Of a stretch of 64,000 nt of DNA, positions 1-12,900 are shown one piece after another. This DNA comes from Lama guanicoe (Eukaryota): positions 868,001-932,000 of the forward strand of contig MU054117.1 of assembly GCA_013239625.1 (NCBI GenBank). Direction: 5' to 3'. The notes beneath the pieces were generated by a model. The model did no database searches, was not told where the DNA came from, and worked only from the letters and a program-made list of their open reading frames with translations. Numbering within the stretch: the stretch's first letter is position 1; each line of letters starts with the position of its first letter. A program made the position numbers and the translations under genes.

Positions 1-644
1 GCCCCTTCCTGCGGCCAGAGCGGGGCCCCACAGCTCCGAGCCCCGGGTTCCTGCTCTGCAGTCAATCTCACAAGGTGAGTGTGAGGGTAAAGAATGGCCA
101 GACAGAGCAGCAGCTGCCGGGCACCCAGCGGTCACTTCACGCTCCTGATGCGCCGCAGCCCTGCGATCATGGCCCTTCCCTTACAGGCGAGGAGCCTGAG
201 GGCCGGGGAGTCCAGGGAGGCAGGCCTGTGAGTGGAGCCTGGCGCCCTGCACCACCGCCCAGCCGACCGGGCACGTCCCCTGGCGTGGGCCCACTCCCCA
301 GCAGGACTCGGGATTCGGAGCCCCGCTGACCACCCGCAGGGAAGGTGCCCTGATCCCACGCGTCCCGAGGGCCGGGAACGGGGGGACCTGGTTCTCGTCC
401 ACCAGGTGGAGCAGACCCTGAAGACTAAGGGCCTGGCGGGAGGAGGGGCCGTCTGTCTGCAAACCGAGAAGTCAGGAATGTGGAGCGAAACTACACCCCC
501 CCATCCCTGTCCCTGCGGTCAGGGCCCGGGGGCCTGGGAGAGGGAGTCCAGCGTACGGCCCCCACCGACGGACAGACAGACCCACAGCTCCAGGGAGAGC
601 CCCTGTCTGGGTCGCCGGGTGGAACAGACTCCCCGAGAGCCTCA

Positions 645-735
645 CTCATTAACATTGGCGTTGCCATGACAACGAGCCGTTGCCAGGGAGCCGCCAACTA
701 GGAGAGTGAGAATCAGCGAGGCCTAAAAATAAAGC
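645..735. promoter_or_regulatory. Candidate intronic enhancer: RFX X-box pair plus MEF2 site
   Basis: GTTGCCATGACAAC at 660-673, GTTGCCAGGGAGCC at 679-692, CTAAAAATAA at 723-732. Confidence 0.45.
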
Positions 736-3700
736 CGCTATGTCTCCAAGTCCGCGTGTAACAGGCCGCGAGCTCGCCGCCTCCCCCCCAGCGGCCCCCA
801 CCGCTGCTCCGGCCCCGAGCCGCTCAGACGGGCGGCAGAGGGCCGCGGGGAGGGGCCAGGCGGGACGCTGCTGTCCAGAGGCCAGGAGCAAGCCGCACCG
901 GTGGGCCGCCTCGCAGAGCCTGAGGGCACCTCCTTCCCTCTGGGAGGTGCCTGGTCCAGCGCCAACCTCCACTGCACGTGGAAGCAGGGGCCACCCTAAG
1001 CCGTCGGAATTTGCCAGAATTTGCCCAGCCCCTTGGCTCTGGGAGAACCGTCTCCCTCGGACCACTTTCCTCTTGGAAAACATCACCGAGGCCCAAGCCC
1101 CAGAGGCATCTGTGGGAGCAGGAGCCCCGATCGAGCAGCGTGTGTGGCTCATGGCTCCTTTCACGACTGATACTGGCAGGGCCGTCGTGGGCCTGGCTCC
1201 AAGAAGGAAGGTACCCTAACACTGAAAATCGTGGGGAAATCGTAAACATCCCCAAGGGGCAGGCGAGGGTCTTCCCGGCTGGTTCTGGCACCGCAGGGGA
1301 ACGCCTGGGTCCGCCCGTCTCCCCCGCCAGCCTCGACTCCCCACGAAGGCAGCGATCCCGCTAACTCACCCCATAACCTCAGCGTCCACACCACCCCAGA
1401 CACACCGTCTGCACACGGCAGAGGGCATGTCCTGGGCGAACGGAGAGACGTCAGCAGTAGCAGCCTCTGACCAGGACAAAACCTCGCTCTCTCCAGATTC
1501 TAAGCTCTGCACCCGGAGAGCCAAGCCCTATCCCTGCCCAGGCCTCTGTGCTCAAGAAGTGGTTTATCAGTTGTACCGGGGCATCATGCCTTGAGCAGAT
1601 CAGATCAATTAAAACCCAGAACTTCGTGGGCAATAATTTCCCTGACGAGCAATCGTAACAGGGTTTTGTCGAATGTAGACCTGCCCGATTTCTTCCGAGT
1701 CTGACTTGTTTAATTCAGATAGTGCGTGGTCCTCGGAATCTGTGCTTTGCATGAAGCTGCAGCAGCCTGGCTCCTGGCTTCCCTCCTCACGGCCACGCTC
1801 ACCCTGGAGATCTCCCCCGACCATGGCTAACGTGTGCTCAGCACACGCAAACAGCGGCGAATCTTCCTGTCAGCGAAAGAAGTCCGTCCTCGAGAAACGA
1901 GAGCGCGTATCTTGCTCACCATCACCCCGTACAAAGAAGTAACCCATCTCTTGGTTCTTCGGCTGTCCTGGATTATCCAGCCACTAATCCAAATGCCGGC
2001 TCCCCTGGTCCCCGAGCTCGTGCAAATAAGCAGCAGTAGCAGAGAGAAGATAAGCAGACTGGGGTGGGGGTGAGCGAGCCGGGCTGATGGTCCCCCGAAT
2101 CCCAGCCTCCGAGCAAGACCAAAGCCCCGTGAACCCATGTACGCTCCCGAGAGGAGAGCGGCCGGGGTCCTGCTGAGCCAGAGACGCGCACCACTGCGGT
2201 GTTGCGACAGAGGTTCATGTTTTACAGAAATACAGCAACAAGAGCCTTCTTTCGGCTCAAGCCTGCTTTTAGCATCATCTCTAGAGAAGTTCAAGGTCAC
2301 GGACGCAAAGTCAGACCCCCCAGATCACTGGAGGGGACGTGTGTTGGCAGCATGGACCGTTCCCGGGACCAGGACACCCAAACCAAGCCAGGGCTGCTGT
2401 TGTCAGCGGACTCTACCAGCGCCAGGAAGTGGGGTGGCACCCCAGGAACTACAGAACCCCGGATTACATGGGCCCCGAGCTCCCGATTCAGGAAGACCCA
2501 CCTGATTACCAGTCTTCGCGTGGGAGCCACGTGCCCACCCAACCTGGACCGCGGGGTCTCCAGCAGGGCCCTTGACTGCAAACCAAAGGGGAAAGTCAGT
2601 CCTGACACTGCCTGCAAGCAGGGCTCTTCTGAAAGCATCATGTTCCTTCCTGCTAAATGAGCCCCAGGGGACAGCCCCAGCCATCACCGCACAGCCGTCC
2701 TGCTCCATCCACTCCAGCCTGGCCTCCCTGCGTCTGTGTGCCTTCTTCCCTCCCTGCGCTGCAGTCCCGCTCCAGCCGCAGACGCCAGCAGAAGGAATTA
2801 CTTCGGCGGGATGATGCTGCCGGCTTCAACCGGCCCGGGAGAGGCTCGGGTCCCCAGCAGCAGGTCAAGACGTGCGTGTGGATGACTGAGTGACTTCCTG
2901 CTTTGTCTTCTGACACCTCTTCACCTCAGGGGGACGATTCCTCACTCAGACACCTGGGCCCACTTTCTGGAGATGCCACCAGCCCAGTGGTCATCACATC
3001 TGCCTCGTCACAGACCCCGAGGGCACACACCAGCACCAAACACCCAGATCCGCCCCGTGGGAACTGGGTTGAAATCCACCTGTGCCCCTGAGTCACCCAA
3101 CCCTCGAGCAGGTTCCCAGGCATCAGGATGGAGGCACTGTGACCAAGCAGGGGCTTCTGCATGGGAAAGGAAAGGAGGCTCCTGCGGGCCTTGAAGGGGG
3201 TGCATAAATGGCCGTCAGCACCACCGTCACCACCCCCGGATACCCTGCTGCCTGTCACCACTCCACCTGGCCTCATCCTCAACTCCCAACCTCGCAGAGT
3301 TCACGTCCCCATCCCGGCCCTGGTGACATCGATCCCTCACCGCGACCCAACCGAAGCTGCGGAAACACAGGCCGCTCTGCACTGGCCCCCAGATGTTCTG
3401 CTGCAGAAGCAAGAGATAAAAATAAAGTCACACCAAGCAGAAGATGAGATGCCTCTCCCGCCCTGCCCGCCTTCCTGCAACAGATCAACTTGTTTTCTTA
3501 CTTTGCATTTGCCATTTTTAGAAGGGGGTTGAAAGTAAAATCCAAGACTCCACTGGAGAGAAGGCGAGCCCAGCAGCCTCCCTGCCGCCTCCCGGGCACG
3601 CGGCACACACCACGCTCGCAGCACCTGGCGCACGCTGCGGGGCCCCTGGCACGTGAAGGGCCGGCTCGCAAACCTTCCGACTTCGGTTGCAAACCGGACT

Positions 3701-4050
3701 GGGGGACTGGAGGGGTCTTGGCTCCTGAAAGAGCAAGGCAGTTGCCATTTTAAGGAAATGCATGAGAGTCTTTCAGGAGACCTCTGCCTGAAACGCAGGA
3801 AAATCTGGCTGCTTCGGCCCCATGAGACCCTCTCAGATTCCAAATGTCCTTCCCCAGGTGGTTTCCAGAGATGAGCTTTCTGAAGCTCAAGACAGTTATT
3901 TTAAACTCCAGTTCCTTAAATTGTATTTCTAAGATATAATTAGGGATTCCTCACTCTTGGCCAGACAACTGCTAATAGGGCCCTGTGTACGCGGTGGTGC
4001 GAGCCAGTGAAACCCGCCAAACACCCACAGCGGCCCCGAGGCACGCCCGC

Positions 4051-4148
4051 CTCTCTCTCCATCTCTGTGTCTCTCTGCCTCTGTGTCTTTCTGTCTCTCG
4101 CTCCCCATCTCTGTCTCAGCCTGTCTCTCACACCCGTGCACACACACA
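4051..4148 (+). repeat. Degenerate (TCTCTG)n pyrimidine-rich repeat ending in a short (CA)n
   Basis: ctctctctccatctctgtgtctctctgcctctgtgtctttctgtctctc...cacacacac. Confidence 0.75.
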
Positions 4149-4969
4149 CGGAGCACCATTTGTCTCGAAGTGCATCACACTTCGGCTCATGATGGCCTCC
4201 TAGTGAGTTTCTTCTTGTTACAACCACCAGACAGACCTCCGACACACACAGTGATGCTTACAGATTTTTCTAAAGGTGTTTGATTACTGTTCTTATGAAA
4301 GCAACTCCAGTAATAACACACGTCCTGCAAAACCAAGACCATGGTGGGGCCCAGGGTAACGTTGAGACTCGCCCCCAGTAAGGACAGACACCCAGCCAGG
4401 AGAGCCCCATGTCTGCTCGGCACGGATCGCCCAGTCACCAGATGCGGGAGGTCCGGGGACCAGGGCACCTGGATTAGAGTCTCCAGGAAGCTCAAGTGTG
4501 TGGAAAGGCACCGGTTCTTGGCGGTTTCCATGTCGGATACCAAGCCCTCAGTCAGACCTCAGGTTAAGCCCGGAAGAACCGCCTCAGAGACAAACAGCAT
4601 TTGTTATGGGCAAGACGCCTTTGCTGGGGAGGGTGGGCGTGGATGACTGTGCCTCTGGCTTCGCTGGGTTAGCTCAGCCTCCCAGGCGTCCCGGCGTGGG
4701 CCGAGCGTCAGCTGCTGGGACGGGAAGTGCAACCGATGATTAAACATGAAGACACGGCTCTGCTGGACGGTGAACAGCCACTGCCCCCTGGCAGTGCCCT
4801 TCCTCAGGCCCCCAGATCCTCCCTCAAATTCAGACAGACGGTCTCGGCTCATGAGACGGGCAGCCCTGGCCAAGGGCCTCCTTGTGAGCGTCTCAGCTCA
4901 CACAGCCATCCTCGCCAAGCGGGGCGGCCCCGGGTCCACACAGCCCCCACTCCGCTCCCCCCTCTACTC

Positions 4970-5150
4970 CCCACTCAGCACCTGGTTACTCTCGGGCCTG
5001 AACTGCGCTGTGTGCACGACGTGTCCACGTGCGTGTCTGTCATTCCTCTGAGACTGGAAGCCTCTGACGTCTCACGCTTGGCTCATCGCTTTACACGTAA
5101 CACGTGCCTGGGCACCGCACGTATTTCAGGAACGTCTGCGGCTAGAGACG
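4970..5150 (+). mobile_element. L2 3' end fragment
   Basis: gtgtctgtcattcctctgagactggaagcctc...cacgtgcctgggcac...tcaggaacgtctg resembles the L2 terminus. Confidence 0.45.
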
Positions 5151-6828
5151 TCTAAAACCCGAAGCTCTAACAGCCTCCGAGAGGACTCCCACCCTCCCCA
5201 AGCCCCGCGGGGCCCGGCCCCCTCTGTGAAACTGTTCTGGGCTCACCTCCCCCGGGGTTTCTGCTCCTCCTAACCTCCAGGGACGCACTGCGCCTCCGAC
5301 ACCTCATCGGACTGGTTCCGTCTTGTGAACGTCCGAGTCTCGCCGTGTGTCCCCTCACCCCGCCAGACGGGACGGTCCCTGAAGGCCAGGACCTCGGGGA
5401 AACGCACACATCAGAAATCCACGCCTGAAAGACGCATGTCCCGTGGGAGATGCTAACCCACTTCCCATTGTTCTAAGTGGGAAATGATGACTGTCCAGCT
5501 CAGCCCCCTGCCTCCCTAAACGCCCCCAAACCCAGGTCAGCCCGAGGCGTCCATGCGCCACTCCCACCCCCAATTACCAACCGGGGAGGGGCACCTCACC
5601 CGCTACCCACCCCTCAACGCCTGCCTTCCTGTAGCTCTGGGCGTGGCGCCAGGGGTTTCACACAGAGAGAGGAGGAGAGGTTCCTGACATCCCAGGCTTC
5701 CGGCCCCTCGGGGTGACAACCACACACACGACTACACACGGTTTCCAGTTCTGTAAGAGACGGGAGCATGAGGGGCAGCCCGAAAGGTTGTAACATGGAG
5801 CCTGGGGACATTCGATGAGGCCTGAGTAGAAGGAAAAGGAGGTTCTGGGCCTCGTCCCTGTGACCTGCCACCTCCCAGACCCGCCAGCCCGTCTCCAGAC
5901 TGGACACGTGAGGCCGGCCTCTCGGGGGGGTGGCAGGAGGGACTCAAACCTCCACATGCACAGCTTTCCCAGTCCAACTGCAGAGCCTGTCGCCTGGTGT
6001 CACCCAGACCCTTCATTCAAAGGGCCCTGGGGAGTGAACGCCTCCGAGGGAGGGTGGCGGCTGGAGAGAGGGAGGAGACGGGAGACTCGCTGGCTCCCCC
6101 AGCCCCCAGCACAGGAGGTGGAGACCCCGTCCCTCGGGAGGGAGGGAGGGAGGCTCTGGGGGGTGGGGTGTGCGTAAGAGGTTTTCAATATGCATTCTGA
6201 GCAACATGTTAGCCGTCTGGTTCTGAGTCATTCATAACTCATCAACTTGTTGTTTTGCAAGCGCCGTTTGATGTCCAAGAAGCATCCGGGCCTCCCCAAC
6301 CCCGTGCCCCTTTGAAGTGTGCCGTGTGGATGTCACAGCGGCCTGTGCCCTGGGAGCAGAGCCAGGGGCCCTGGCCCCGAAATGGGCGAGGGGCCGGCCT
6401 GTGGTGCGGGCCCTGCAGCCTACAGCCCCCGGGCCACCCTGAGCTCTGCTCAGCCATCCCTCTGCCGTCAGGATGCTTCCCGGTGCCCGGGTGGGGGCTG
6501 CCGGAGCTGGGGGCGAGGTGGGGGCTTGTCCACGCTCATCTCCTTGGTTGCTGACAAGGCCAGGTGGGCACAAAGGAGGTTCAGAAAGTGACCCTAAAAG
6601 CAGGAAGCCCAGGACAGGCTCAGTGTTTGATGACGCTCCCGCCGCAGCAGGACGTCCCCCAGAGGCAGCTGCGGGGGGGGGGCCTGGTTGTCACTAGCCT
6701 GGGGGGGAGATGGGAGGGGTGGAAGCCAAGGGTCTAGGCCCCCCACAACGGGGGAGACCTACCCCAGCAGGGAGCAGTCCTGGCCGAGATGCCAACAGCA
6801 CCTGAGCGAGAGCCGCATGGAGAGGAAG

Positions 6829-6947
6829 GGGGCGGGGCCGTGACGCTGCGTCCTGTGGCACCGGGGGGCACAAAACGGGACAGGCAGACGCGACACCCGA
6901 CTCCATCTTCTTGGCAACCAGCCTGTCCCTTCTCCGCCCTGACGTCA
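6829..6947. promoter_or_regulatory. Candidate regulatory module: GC box, half CRE, RFX half site, full CRE
   Basis: GGGGCGGGGC 6829-6838, TGACG 6841-6845, TTGGCAAC 6911-6918, TGACGTCA 6940-6947. Confidence 0.4.
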
Positions 6948-7832
6948 CTGCCTTTCTGAACAGTTCAGAGGCGCGTCCCTCTGTGGGGAAGACCACCCAC
7001 ACTCGACTTCAGACAGCCCTCAGCGTGGAGATCAAGTCACTTCCTAAACACTCCAGGGGACGTTAACAGGATGGCCAGGACTCTATCAGCCAAGGAAACA
7101 GAAAACCCGTGGACTGCAAACAGCCGCTCGCTAGGTTCCCGTGACCACGCACGTAGCGCTCCAGAAACAAAGCCTCTCCTTGCGGAGAAAAGAAGTCTGC
7201 CTGGGGTGGGGGCCACGGGGACGCGTCAGGTGGACGCGTCTCCCGCGGGGCCCGGCGCGTTCCGAGGGGCTGCGGCCCTCTGCCCGCTCAGGCAGGAGCC
7301 GGCAGAGCTCAGAGTCCACTCACAACCCGTCCGAACTGGAGGAGGAGTCAAGGCGGTGTCGGCCGGAGGCGCTTCCCTGCGAAGCGGGTCCTTCCTCCTC
7401 CGAGTGGCAGCTGGTGAGACGGCCGGGGGCTGGGGGCGGCCCCCCAGGAGGCAGAGGGCAGGACAGACGTCTCCCAGAGGGTGTGATTCTGAAGGACCCA
7501 GGAGAGAAGCCGGGGCTCCTGCCTCCCCCAGTAACCCCCACGCCCATTAATAAAGCTGGAAACGTCTTCAAATGGCCCAAGAGAAGACGGAAAAGATGAA
7601 CCATTACCACTCGCGCTGGCTGTCGTGGCTGCCGCCTGGTTCCTTAGCTCCTGTGCGGGTTTTAACAGAGAGAGGAACTTGAGAGCGCACAACAGCATCG
7701 ACTGCCTGGAGGGAAGGGGACCGGGCGTCCGGCAAGGAGGGGAAACACACAAAACGAGAGCCTTGAGACGATGAAGCTTCAGCTGGAGCAGCTCCAAGGT
7801 CCCAGGCCAGCCGCTGCCCACCCCCCGGCAGC

Positions 7833-7910
7833 TGGAGCCTCAGTTTCCCTATTTTTCACAATGAAAGATTGCGCCCCAAGGCTTTCCAACCCTAAGACGC
7901 TGTAAGTCGA
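7833..7910 (+). mobile_element. MIR SINE fragment
   Basis: gagcctcagtttccctatttttcacaatg, MIR core. Confidence 0.55.
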
Positions 7911-9809
7911 TTTATCCAAAGCAACGTCTACGTGTTGCCTGGGTCCGCTCAGATGAGGGGAGCAGGGGTCCAAGGTCATCAAATTACATTTCCCTCGTCA
8001 GCACAACTCAGAAGGAAAAACAGAAATATTTCTGCACAGGATGAAGGATTAAAAAATATACATATAAACGGTCAGGAATCTCCGAGTCCTCGCCAGGCAG
8101 ACTAATATGCTGGAATTGCTGCCCCAGAAGCAAGGCTCCTCTTCCATGCTGGGTGTGCACCCCTCTCTCAGGGATCAAATCCAATCCAGATTCATCTAAA
8201 CTGGTCAGGACACCCCCGTTCTCCCTGCCAAAGGGACATCTGACTGACTCCCGGCCAATGAGACAAGGTAGTGCCAGCTGGACGCTTCTGGGAAAGGTGT
8301 CCTCAGTCCTGATCCTCAGGGCAGAGCTGCCCTGGACGCTGCTGCTCCACCTGTGATGTCCGGAGCAGTGGCAGCCATCCTGTGACTTCCAGGGGGGCTC
8401 TCTGAGGACGGCCCTGGCAGAGCACAGGCACCAGGAGGACCATACCTCAAAGTCCATCAGGACGTCATGGGTGCGACACAGGACATCCTGGAGTCAGGCG
8501 AGAGGGACAAACTTGCCACCAGTGTCGGGGGGATGAGTTCACACAGCCAGTGCCTCACCGACAGAGGCTTCAGGGAGAGTCACGAGGGATTTTGGATAGC
8601 AGACCACAGTGTGGGACTAAGAGCAAGTGCGACACACACACAGCGTGTCCCTCACTGAAGACAAACCACCCAACATCATGGTGCCGCTCTGGACGTCACC
8701 TCTGACGGCCCTGGGCAGCTGTGCGCCCTGCCGCTCCGGGTCCTCGTCCCTCGAAACCGGGACCCCCGTCTGACCCTCGCACCCCATCCCAGCCCTCCTG
8801 GGCCTCCCCGGTGCAACCTGACAGCCACGGGGAGAAAATGAAGAGGTTTTCTACCAGGGACACTGCAGGAATTTGTCTTTGTCTCGATGTGGTTCCATTT
8901 CCGGGTTTTGTAATGAAGTCCCCAGGACCTGGGGACGTGGAGATGCCAGGGCATCGAGCAGCCCTGCGCTGTCCCCTCCCCCACCACGCACATCTCAGGA
9001 GCCGCAGTGAATGGCTGACCCGCCGGTCGTCCTGTGCCAGGACACAACCGAGGGCCTCCCGGGGCTGCGTCCTGGGGGAGGCAGAGGCTGGAGGAGTGGC
9101 AGGCGGCTGCCCCGGCCCCGAGCCCTGTCCTGGGCTCCAGTCCCAAGGCCACCTCTCCCCGCCGGGGCAGGCAACCACACGGTGACAGAGGGTCATTTCC
9201 ATACAAGGGCCTTCCGGCAGTGAAAGCTCACTTAGGAGGAAATAAATTTGAATCAAATTTACGAAACCGGAGAACATGCAAACCAGGCACCTTCCCAGTG
9301 AACCTGTGGCTTGGTTTGCAAATGATTCGGATGTTGCATTTCAAGACGGGGTTCACCTCTGCACCGGACTGATTCTGGGGAGGTTGTTTACAGAAGCCCT
9401 GGTCCTACTAAAGGGCTCTCACGATGTCAGATTGTGAAATTAACAAGATGCATTTTAGTTTGGAGCTTCTGGTTCAAAAACCAATTATCCTCCAGTTTGG
9501 GCCTGTCAATCCCTGATTTAAACATAGGAAAACCGCACTGATCTGAATGTTTCTGGAGGAAGAAGACAGAGAGGAGTCTTGTCTAAACGGATGAGAAAAT
9601 TCCAAACGGCTGGTTTTTGAAGAAAGATGGTTCCAGTGCTTGTAGCAATGAGCACACCGTAGGCTGAGGTTTAAACGAGCACTCGTGAGTGAAGCTGAGT
9701 TAGTCACCGAAAAGTTACCATCCACAGCAGGCTTTTATTACATAATAATGAATTACTTTATAACAGAGTCTGAATTTTTTTATTTAATAACTTTTTTTAG
9801 AGTTTTGGC

Positions 9810-9980
9810 TTTTTTAGTGGAAGTAGAGTTGATTACAACGCTGTGCTGGCTTCCGGTGTGCGGCAGACTGACTCAGTTATGCACACATGTCTTCTTTTTC
9901 ATTATGTTATTGAGCTTGTTACAGGTTACGAGAGACTGAATATAGTTCCCTGTGCTACCCAGTTGGACCCTGTTGTTTAA
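9810..9980 (-). mobile_element. LINE-1 3' end fragment, laurasiatherian/artiodactyl type
   Basis: T-rich start then gaagtagagttgattacaac...gactcagttat...tgaatatagttccctgtgcta...ccctgttgttt, matching the recalled reverse complement of artiodactyl L1 3' termini. Confidence 0.75.
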
Positions 9981-12900
9981 ATTTTTTTAAATCAATAGGA
10001 AACACAGACTGTGTCCGATTTCCTGGGGCACAGTTTGAACTTAAGTTTCACAAAACTTAAGATTTAACTGGGCACCTTCAGCGGTCAGTGAGCGGCTTCA
10101 GTGGACACAGACGCAGGGAGGCCGGGCGGGGGTCCACTCGAGGAAGAACGCACGCCCCCCTGAGTGTGGAATCTACCTTGCCAGCAGAAGCAGCCAGCAG
10201 CCTGCGGGGACTCACACGTCCACCTCCCCGTCCCAGCAGCTACAGCTCCCACCTTGGGCCAGGGGTCCCGGGAGGAAGGATGCGTTGGGCCAGCCGCTAC
10301 CTGGTGGGGAGGCGGCTCGGGACAGTGCGCCGGGCAGGGGCTGCCGACCTAGACAGGGCCAGACAGGCTTTGCCAGGCAGCTCCAGCCCATCCACCATGA
10401 ACCAGAAGGCAACTGCAGATGGGTCCTGTGCTGCTCGAATCTCTAGGTGCCTGGGTCTTCCCCGTACCCCACCCACCTTGCTCCTATCAGCTCTGGTCGG
10501 GTTGGCCCATGTGACGTTTGAAACACCCAGGAAGAGCTGTCTGCAGGGAGCCTGGGCCTCCAGGATGCTAAACCGGCCGCCGTCGCTGCCTCCCGGGACC
10601 GCGCTGCCCACCCCGGCAGCCCCCGCCCCTTCCACGTCGCTCTCTCACCAGGGCCGTGGGCCCCCTTCTCTTGCATTTCACCGTGAATGTGTGTACGTCC
10701 CGGCTGGAGCTGCGAAGGCCTTCCTTCCAAAAGTGGTCCAAGCCAGAGGGGGTCTGGAACAGCAGTCCCACATTCCTCACTCGCAAAGATGTTACTTTCC
10801 CTCGTGACTCCCAGCCGCTGTGCAGCGTGTCGGGAACCTCGATGCCACTTACAATCTCTGAGTCTGAAACACCAGCTTGACAGTGAACGGAAGAGCAGTT
10901 TGGAAGTTGGAGACCGTCTATAAATTACTTCTGTGTGAAAACTCAAATCATCTCACCGCTGGAACTCTGTTCAGGCTACACTGAGGGCATCTTGCCAGGA
11001 AGACCAGGTTGTCCTTTATCAGTTTATCCCTGAGAAGGACACAGGGTCCTGGACTCACTAATTCCCACAGAGAAGGTGGTTAACTGGCAAAGCTCAGGGA
11101 GGAAGCTGGATGCACGCAAGGAGCTTCCCAGACCAGCAGGAGGACTCCGGGCCCCGTCCTGGGACCAGCTTCTGGGCCACCAGCAGCAGCACGTGCACAA
11201 GCCAGTCTCAGGAGTCGCCACGGGGCAGCGCGCAACCTCTGGCGCAGACGCCACGAGAAGCCGCACGCCCAGAGAAGGCCCCGCTCCACCAGGGTCCGCT
11301 CTGCCAGTCACACTTGCCGGGGAGGGCACACCTGGGGATGTGGCGTGGGGGCTCCCCAGTCCGAAACCTCTGCCCCAGGTCCCCGGGAACTTGGACCCGT
11401 GGCCTCAGAGGTCTCTCCCCTCGGGAGCCGGGAGCGCCGCTGACACTGACCACAGCGGAGGGTGGACACAGGGCCCCCGCCCCACGCTTCCCGCAGAAGC
11501 CGGCCCCTCCCTCTGGCACCCACGGCACTCGCCGTGCCCACGACCAGAAGGCATTTTAATAGAAAGCAATTGTTTTTCCTCGTGACAACAATGTTTTCCA
11601 AAGGACCCTGTCTCTGAAACAGCAGAGCTCTGAAGCTGCAGGACGGGGGAGCTGGAAACGCCCTTCGGCACGTTTGACCCCGCCTTTTCCGCAGGAGAAA
11701 CGGGGCCCCGAGACCTGCCCAAGTGGCGGCGGCTCAGCCCCAGACCCAGGTGCTTCCTGCTGCCTGGGGCGGGGGCAGGTCTGGGTCTGGCCCGCCCTCT
11801 GCCCTCCAGCCGTGCGGTCAGGGCGGCCTGGGAAGCCCGCCGAGGCTCTGGGACACCAGCAGCGCCCCTCGTGACCAGTCACCCGGACCAGCTGACGGTG
11901 GTGGGCACAGCCACGGAGCCACGGCTCCTGCCACCACCACTGCCGTGGCCAGGGGCGTTCAGACACACACGTCTCTCCTCCCACGAAGGGACGGACACTC
12001 ACAGGACAGCGTCAGAACATGGTTTCCATAACTCGAAGCTTCTCTACCAGGTTCCACTGTCACCAGAAAGACATCCGGTCAGCCTGCCGTTGGGAACAAA
12101 GCGTCCCAGTGTCCCCACAGGACCTTCGTTTGGGAAGCCATCCCACCTTCTAGGGGATGGCTTTTCAGGTGTCCCAGGGCAGGACGCAGGCTAGACCCTG
12201 ACGGACGCGCAGCTGCTGGAGGGCAGGAAACCCAGGGACGCCTCCCCCGGGTGTGTGATGAATAAGCGAAGGAATGAATGGAGCGCCCAGTTGAGGCCAA
12301 TGAACATCTGCAACACTGCCAAAACATTGCTTAAAAACAACGGCCTCGGGACAGCTAAGCCCTGGACGGAGGCCGCACAACATGGCAGGGGGTGGGGGTG
12401 CCCTTCCCGCCTCCGCTCGGCCCCACCGAGCAGACACACCTGGGAGTGACGAGACGCGCCCTCGGCGACGCCGGTGGCGGCAGACTCACCGCGCCCCTTC
12501 CTACAGTGTTGTGAAACCCTCTGTTGAAGTCGATTGGCAATGTTTAAACAGCACGTCGCACAGAAGTACGCTGTTACTGATTAGGCATGAGGAGCAAGGC
12601 AGTGCCATTTCGTGCTAACGCAGCACACACGGAAAGCCCTCGCCTTTCCAAACACACCTTCAAGGTTTCACATAATCTCGTTTTAGTGTAGGAACGGTGA
12701 GCGCTAGTCCCCCAGCGGAGAAACGCCGGGCACGGCCCAGAAGACGCTTCCCCTGGGCTCGGGAAGTGCCGGTGCCCGACCTTGAGGACTCTGACTCTGA
12801 CCTTGATCAAGGCAGTGGCGCCGGACGCCCTTTGCTGTCTGGGAGCACGGATCGGAAAGGATGCGCGTTCCCCACCTGGAGGGGCGCTCCCCGGTCGTCC

